In this document: positions 60,050 through 64,000 of the stretch, piece after piece
Position numbering within the stretch: the first letter of the stretch is position 1
Layout of the letters: every line of letters starts with the position of its first letter
Assembly: GCA_044229775.1 (NCBI GenBank)
Contig: JBGASH010000001.1
Location: 10,409 to 74,408, forward strand
Direction: 5' to 3'
Length of the DNA stretch: 64,000 bases
From: Bacteroidia bacterium
Lineage (GTDB): Bacteria > Bacteroidota > Bacteroidia > B-17B0 > Aurantibacillaceae
Position numbers and translations under genes: made by a program
The notes under the pieces: generated by a model
Told to the model about the DNA's origin: nothing
Database searches by the model: none
What the model saw: the letters and a program-made list of their open reading frames with translations, nothing else

Positions 60050-60524
60050 AACCGCAGAGACGCGAAGTTTAACGCAAAGTGACGCAGAGAAAGGAAAAAA
60101 ATGGAGGAGAATGAGATTTCGGGAAAAATTATAGGATGTGCTATTAAAGTTCATAATTTTCTGGGACCAGGATTATTGGAATCGGCATATTTGGAGTGTT
60201 TGCATTATGAACTGATTCAAGTAGGGTTAAGAGCTGAAAAGGAAAAACCACTACCGCTCATTTACGAAGAGGTTAAACTAAATGTTGGATATAGAATTGA
60301 TCTTTTAGTAGAGGGTAAAGTAATTGTAGAAGCAAAGGCGGTTGAGGCATTAAATGATGTGCATTTGGCTCAGGTATTGACGTATTTGCGATTAACCGAA
60401 ACCAAATTAGGCCTGCTTATCAATTTTAATGTTTCAAGGATAAAAAACGGACTAAGGCGGGTCGTCAATAATATTTGAATTTACCTCTGCGGGACTCAGC
60501 GAATAACTCTGCGTCTTTGCGGTT
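60050..60524 (+). mobile_element. GxxExxY-gene cassette bounded by 41-nt imperfect terminal inverted repeats
   Basis: Left repeat, 60050-60090: aaccgcagagacgcgaagtttaacgcaaagtgacgcagaga. Reverse complement of the right repeat, 60484-60524: aaccgcaaagacgcagagttattcgctgagtcccgcagagg. About 30 of 41 positions match by hand alignment. Confidence 0.6.
60101..60478 (+). CDS. GxxExxY-family protein (PD-(D/E)XK nuclease-like fold)
   Basis: GPGLLESAYLECL (GxxExxY), RIDLLVEGKVIVEAKAV (D...E.K), LAQVLTYLR, LLINFN motifs. Confidence 0.8.
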   Translation: MEENEISGKIIGCAIKVHNFLGPGLLESAYLECLHYELIQVGLRAEKEKPLPLIYEEVKLNVGYRIDLLVEGKVIVEAKAVEALNDVHLAQVLTYLRLTETKLGLLINFNVSRIKNGLRRVVNNI

Positions 60525-60551
60525 AAATAGATAAACATAATTAGAAAGCAA

Positions 60552-61931
60552 GTGGCTAAAACTAAAACAACCTTTTTCTGCCAAAGCTGCGGTACACAAT
60601 CGCCCAAATGGGTGGGTCGTTGTACCAGTTGCAACGAGTGGAATACCTATGTAGAAGAAGTTATTTCAAAAGAAACAAAGAACGACCGGTTACAAAATTT
60701 TAGTAGTACCGCACAACGCGCCCCAAAGCCGGTTTTGATAAACGATATTGGCATGGCCGATTATCCGCGACACAAAATTGAGGATTCGGAATTGTCAAGA
60801 GTTTTAGGTGGTGGTATCGTTCCCGGGAGCTTGGTGTTATTTGGCGGCGAGCCCGGCATAGGCAAATCCACTCTCATGCTGCAATTAGCGCTAACCTTAA
60901 AAAACCTAAAGGTATTATATGTAAGTGGCGAAGAAAGTGAACAGCAAATTCGCATGCGTGCGGATAGGCTGGACCTTAAAAGTGACGATTGTTTTATTTT
61001 ACAGGAAACCAATACTCAAAACATTTTTAAACAGATCGAGTTGTTGAATCCTGAGTTTGTTATTATAGATTCCATTCAAACATTACACACCTCTTACATT
61101 GAAAGTTCTCCCGGTTCGGTATCGCAGGTTCGCGAATGCGCTTCGGAATTGATGCGTTTTGCGAAAGAAAGTAGTATTCCGGTTTTTATGATAGGCCATA
61201 TTACAAAAGACGGAAGTTTGGCTGGACCAAAAGTTTTAGAACACATGGTAGATACGGTTTTGCAATTTGAAGGCGACCGTAATCATGTTTACCGTTTACT
61301 AAGAACCACTAAAAATAGGTTTGGAAGCACCAACGAATTAGGCATATACGAAATGCAAGGGGCGGGGTTACGACAGGTAAGCAACCCATCAGAAATATTA
61401 ATTACGAACCGGGAAACGCCTACCAGTGGGGTAGCTATATCGGCTACGTTAGAGGGTAACCGCCCTATTTTAATTGAAACACAGGCGTTAGTAAGTAGTG
61501 CAGCTTATGGTGTGCCACAGCGGTCATCAACGGGATTCGATCTGCGGAGGTTATCGATGCTATTAGCGGTTTTAGAAAAACGCTGTGGGTTTCGACTGGC
61601 CGTAAAGGACGTATTCATTAACATAGCCGGTGGAATAAAAGTAGAGGATCCGGGAATTGACATGGCCCTGGTATGTGGAATTTTATCAAGTAATGAAGAT
61701 CTTCCAATACCACAAAATGTTTGTTTTGCTGGTGAGGTAGGATTGACGGGCGAGATCCGTCCGGTTAACCGAATTGAGCAACGCATCTCTGAAGCTCAAA
61801 AATTGGGTTTCGAAAAAATATTCATTTCTTCTTACAATAAAAAGGGCCTCGATCTGAAGCAATTCAGCATCGAGATCGTTACCGTTAGTAAAATGGAAGA
61901 GGTATTTCAGAAGTTGTTCGGGGGGAGTTGA
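60552..61931 (+). CDS. radA: DNA repair protein RadA
   Basis: N-terminal zinc finger CQSCG...CTSCNEWN, Walker A GGEPGIGKST, KNRFG motif, Lon-protease-like C-terminus. GTG start. Confidence 0.95.
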   Translation: MAKTKTTFFCQSCGTQSPKWVGRCTSCNEWNTYVEEVISKETKNDRLQNFSSTAQRAPKPVLINDIGMADYPRHKIEDSELSRVLGGGIVPGSLVLFGGEPGIGKSTLMLQLALTLKNLKVLYVSGEESEQQIRMRADRLDLKSDDCFILQETNTQNIFKQIELLNPEFVIIDSIQTLHTSYIESSPGSVSQVRECASELMRFAKESSIPVFMIGHITKDGSLAGPKVLEHMVDTVLQFEGDRNHVYRLLRTTKNRFGSTNELGIYEMQGAGLRQVSNPSEILITNRETPTSGVAISATLEGNRPILIETQALVSSAAYGVPQRSSTGFDLRRLSMLLAVLEKRCGFRLAVKDVFINIAGGIKVEDPGIDMALVCGILSSNEDLPIPQNVCFAGEVGLTGEIRPVNRIEQRISEAQKLGFEKIFISSYNKKGLDLKQFSIEIVTVSKMEEVFQKLFGGS

Positions 61932-61967
61932 CGCAGGGAAGTTTAATCATAGATGACGCTCTCTATT

Positions 61968-62443
61968 CCCTCTCCCTTGGGAGAGGGTAGGGTGAGGGTT
62001 AGAATTCAATAATGAAAACGAAAAGCTTACATCACTACAGTGCTCCCAAAAGCGCCTTTGAAAACGCTAAAATCCTTAGAAAAAATCAAACTAAAGCGGA
62101 ATGGTTATTTTGGCGGATAGTTTCAGGAAGAAAAATTCTGGGATTTAAATTCCGAAGACAACATCCAATTAGTAAGTATATTGTCGATTTTTATTGTCAG
62201 GAGGTTTTATTAGTGATAGAATTGGATGGGGATATTCACTATATTGAAAGCGTTAAAAGGTATGATAAAAAAAGAGAGGATGATTTGAAAAAACTTGGAC
62301 TAGAGATCATTAGGTTCAAAAATGAGGAGGTGCTTTTTGATACCGATAGAACAATTGAAAAATTAAAAGGAATTTTGAATACCTCGATGAAAGAGGAACC
62401 CTCATCCTCGATCCTTCTCCCATCGGGAGAAGGATGTGATCAC
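61968..62443 (+). mobile_element. Free-standing DUF559 cassette bounded by inverted hairpin-tail repeats
   Basis: Left end is ccctctcc-cttg-ggagaggg plus tagggtgaggg (61968-61998). Right end is ccctcatcc-tcgat plus ccttctccc-atc-gggagaagg (62409-62443), the same module in inverted orientation. Confidence 0.65.
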
Positions 62444-62449
62444 TGTTGA
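62012..62449 (+). CDS. DUF559 / Vsr-like endonuclease-domain protein
   Basis: RKNQTKAEWLFW, KYIVDFYC, VIELDGDIH, IIRFKNEEVL. The last ~15 codons (EEPSSSILLPSGEGCDHC) are encoded by the right terminal repeat. Confidence 0.8.
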   Translation: MKTKSLHHYSAPKSAFENAKILRKNQTKAEWLFWRIVSGRKILGFKFRRQHPISKYIVDFYCQEVLLVIELDGDIHYIESVKRYDKKREDDLKKLGLEIIRFKNEEVLFDTDRTIEKLKGILNTSMKEEPSSSILLPSGEGCDHC

Positions 62450-62496
62450 CGAAAGCTGAAACATTTTAACAATACTTATCAATCCAACATTGTTAA

Positions 62497-63585
62497 TTGT
62501 TTATTAATTTCAGCCAATTGAAAAAATTACAATTTTTTATATTTGGCTTTGCTGTATTATTTGTAACTTATATCACTTATAAAATTGTGAAAGCCTTTGT
62601 CGCCATATCGTTAATTTCCGGATTCTTTTCAGTTCCGCCCGACACCAGTAAGCGGGTTAAGACGGAAGAAAAACCGGTTGAAACCTTATGCAGTAATGTG
62701 ATAGGAGTTTGCAATCCACAAACAAAATACAACGGCAATTATATTTTTGATAAACAGATCTATGAATTCAGGTGTGATACACTGTCGCAGGTAAAATTCT
62801 GGCGTCAGGTAATGACCCTGCATGAAGATTCACTTGTTGTAAGCTTGGGGCATAACCGAAAGGTCATCAATAAATTTCATCATAAAGAATGGAAAGTGAA
62901 GAACGATAGCATCCGACAAGCGTATCGCGATAGTGTAAGATGTCAGCATAATTTGGATACAAACGCCCATGTGCTGGTTACAGGCAGTAAAAAATTCTTT
63001 TACGATTTCGATAAAGCCTTTAATAATTTTGACAAAGGCATCAATTGTTTTGTGAATAACGGCGTAGATCCCTGGTACGCGCAGGCTATCTTATTAATAG
63101 AAAGTCCTAATAAATTGCAAAAATCAAACGCCGGGGCCTATGGACCTTTTCAGTTAATGAAAGAAGTGGCGCGTTTGTTTGGATTAAAAGTGAATCGTCA
63201 TATAGATGAGCGGGCCGATTTTGACCGCTCGGCTTTCGCAGCATCGAGCCTCATAAAATATATCTGCATTCCAAATACAAAAAAGATGCTCGACTCATTG
63301 CATATTACCTATAATGAAACGGATCTCTGGTTTCGCTTAATGGTAATGCACTCTTACCATGCCGGTGCGGGCAATGTACAAAAAGCCTTATTTAGTTTTA
63401 AGCCCGAAAAGGGCGGAATGGATGTGATCTATACCTTGTGGCATACCGAAACGCGGCATTTTAAAACCGCTTCACAAAATTATTCGCAGTTGGTACTGGC
63501 GGCCATGCTCGAAATGAATGACCGCATAAAACTTACCACGCAAGAGCAAAAACTTTCAGCTACCGAAACAGCCAAGAGGAATTAA
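62497..63585 (+). CDS. Membrane-anchored protein with lytic transglycosylase (SLT-like) domain
   Basis: N-terminal TM helix. LLIESPNKLQKSNAGAYGPFQLM resembles the E-S ... AGA.G.MQ SLT catalytic motif. Confidence 0.65.
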   Translation: MFINFSQLKKLQFFIFGFAVLFVTYITYKIVKAFVAISLISGFFSVPPDTSKRVKTEEKPVETLCSNVIGVCNPQTKYNGNYIFDKQIYEFRCDTLSQVKFWRQVMTLHEDSLVVSLGHNRKVINKFHHKEWKVKNDSIRQAYRDSVRCQHNLDTNAHVLVTGSKKFFYDFDKAFNNFDKGINCFVNNGVDPWYAQAILLIESPNKLQKSNAGAYGPFQLMKEVARLFGLKVNRHIDERADFDRSAFAASSLIKYICIPNTKKMLDSLHITYNETDLWFRLMVMHSYHAGAGNVQKALFSFKPEKGGMDVIYTLWHTETRHFKTASQNYSQLVLAAMLEMNDRIKLTTQEQKLSATETAKRN

Positions 63586-63587
63586 AT

Positions 63588-63785
63588 TTATTTTTTGATT
63601 TTTTCTACCACCACATTTTTTCCAAGGGTCTTAAACCGCTCGCCGTTCTTTTGCACAACGGTAATAGTGATATGACCGGTTTTACTGGTGTTTATATCGC
63701 GAACGGTGCCCGATTTTCCGGCGTGTGTTCCCCCAACAACTTTGCATTGATCGCCATCTTTTAATTTTATTGAAGCTGTTTTCAT
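63588..63785 (-). CDS. Small KOW-motif-like protein
   Basis: 65 aa. DGDQCKVVGGTHAGKSGTV resembles a KOW motif. Confidence 0.35.
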   Translation of the reverse strand: MKTASIKLKDGDQCKVVGGTHAGKSGTVRDINTSKTGHITITVVQKNGERFKTLGKNVVVEKIKK

Positions 63786-63812
63786 GAAGAGATGCAGTTA
63801 AAAAACGATAAC

Positions 63813-64000
63813 TTATTGTAAATTGATCCTTAAGCTAAATCCACCATTGGTATTGGAAGTAGGGAATGAAGCGGTTGTTTTAGGAATGGTTTTAACCCAA
63901 TCATAGAAGAAACGTAAATTGATCTGAGGCGTTAATTGATAATCTATTGAAGAACGCAATGAAATAATATCGGTACCGCCTGTTGGTGTGCTGATCTCAT
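63813..64000 (-). CDS. C-terminal end of a probable outer-membrane beta-barrel protein (partial)
   Basis: Hand translation of the minus strand ends ...FFYDWVKTIPKTTASFPTSNTNGGFSLRINLQ*. The open frame runs to the window edge. Confidence 0.3.
   Translation of the reverse strand, partial: EISTPTGGTDIISLRSSIDYQLTPQINLRFFYDWVKTIPKTTASFPTSNTNGGFSLRINLQ

Noticed and set aside
1-64000. CRISPR arrays, tRNA/rRNA genes, transposases, integrases, prophage genes
   Set aside because: I scanned the intergenic regions by eye. I found no regularly spaced direct repeats, no cloverleaf-like sequences and no recognisable recombinase ORFs. A tRNAscan/Infernal run would be needed to exclude small RNAs formally.

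Overview
AT-rich chromosomal segment that looks like Bacteroidota. Supporting signs are two T9SS (type IX secretion) C-terminal sorting domains, TAnnTTTG-type -7 promoter boxes, a short NuoG, and DUF2490, DUF4956 and GxxExxY gene families. Most of the window is housekeeping. It holds a complete nuoA-N complex I operon (minus strand, 28030-41590), leuS, ribE, nadD, gcvH, mlaEF-like ABC genes, dprA, holB and radA. It also holds LPS and glycosyltransferase genes, two TonB-dependent receptors, a two-component pair, a VTC/DUF4956 polyphosphate-type module and several secreted repeat proteins. I saw no rRNA, tRNA, CRISPR array, transposase or integrase. The unusual content is a set of small cassette-like genes bounded by short repeats and inserted, co-oriented, into essential genes or operons. 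(1) A DUF559/Vsr-like nuclease module is inserted in-frame inside leuS, next to the editing-domain motif. (2) A second, free-standing DUF559 gene just after radA is bounded by the same GC-rich hairpin repeat family. (3) A GxxExxY (PD-(D/E)XK-like) gene with 41-nt imperfect terminal inverted repeats lies between a predicted promoter and radA. (4) A four-helix-bundle (23S rRNA IVS/Avd family) gene lies between nuoF and nuoG. Solo copies of the hairpin repeat are also translated in-frame inside leuS and occupy the nuoE-nuoF spacer. Two genes carry single in-frame TAA codons: the sensor kinase, and nadD at codon 2. All calls come from reading the sequence and from motif recognition by eye. No database search was run.
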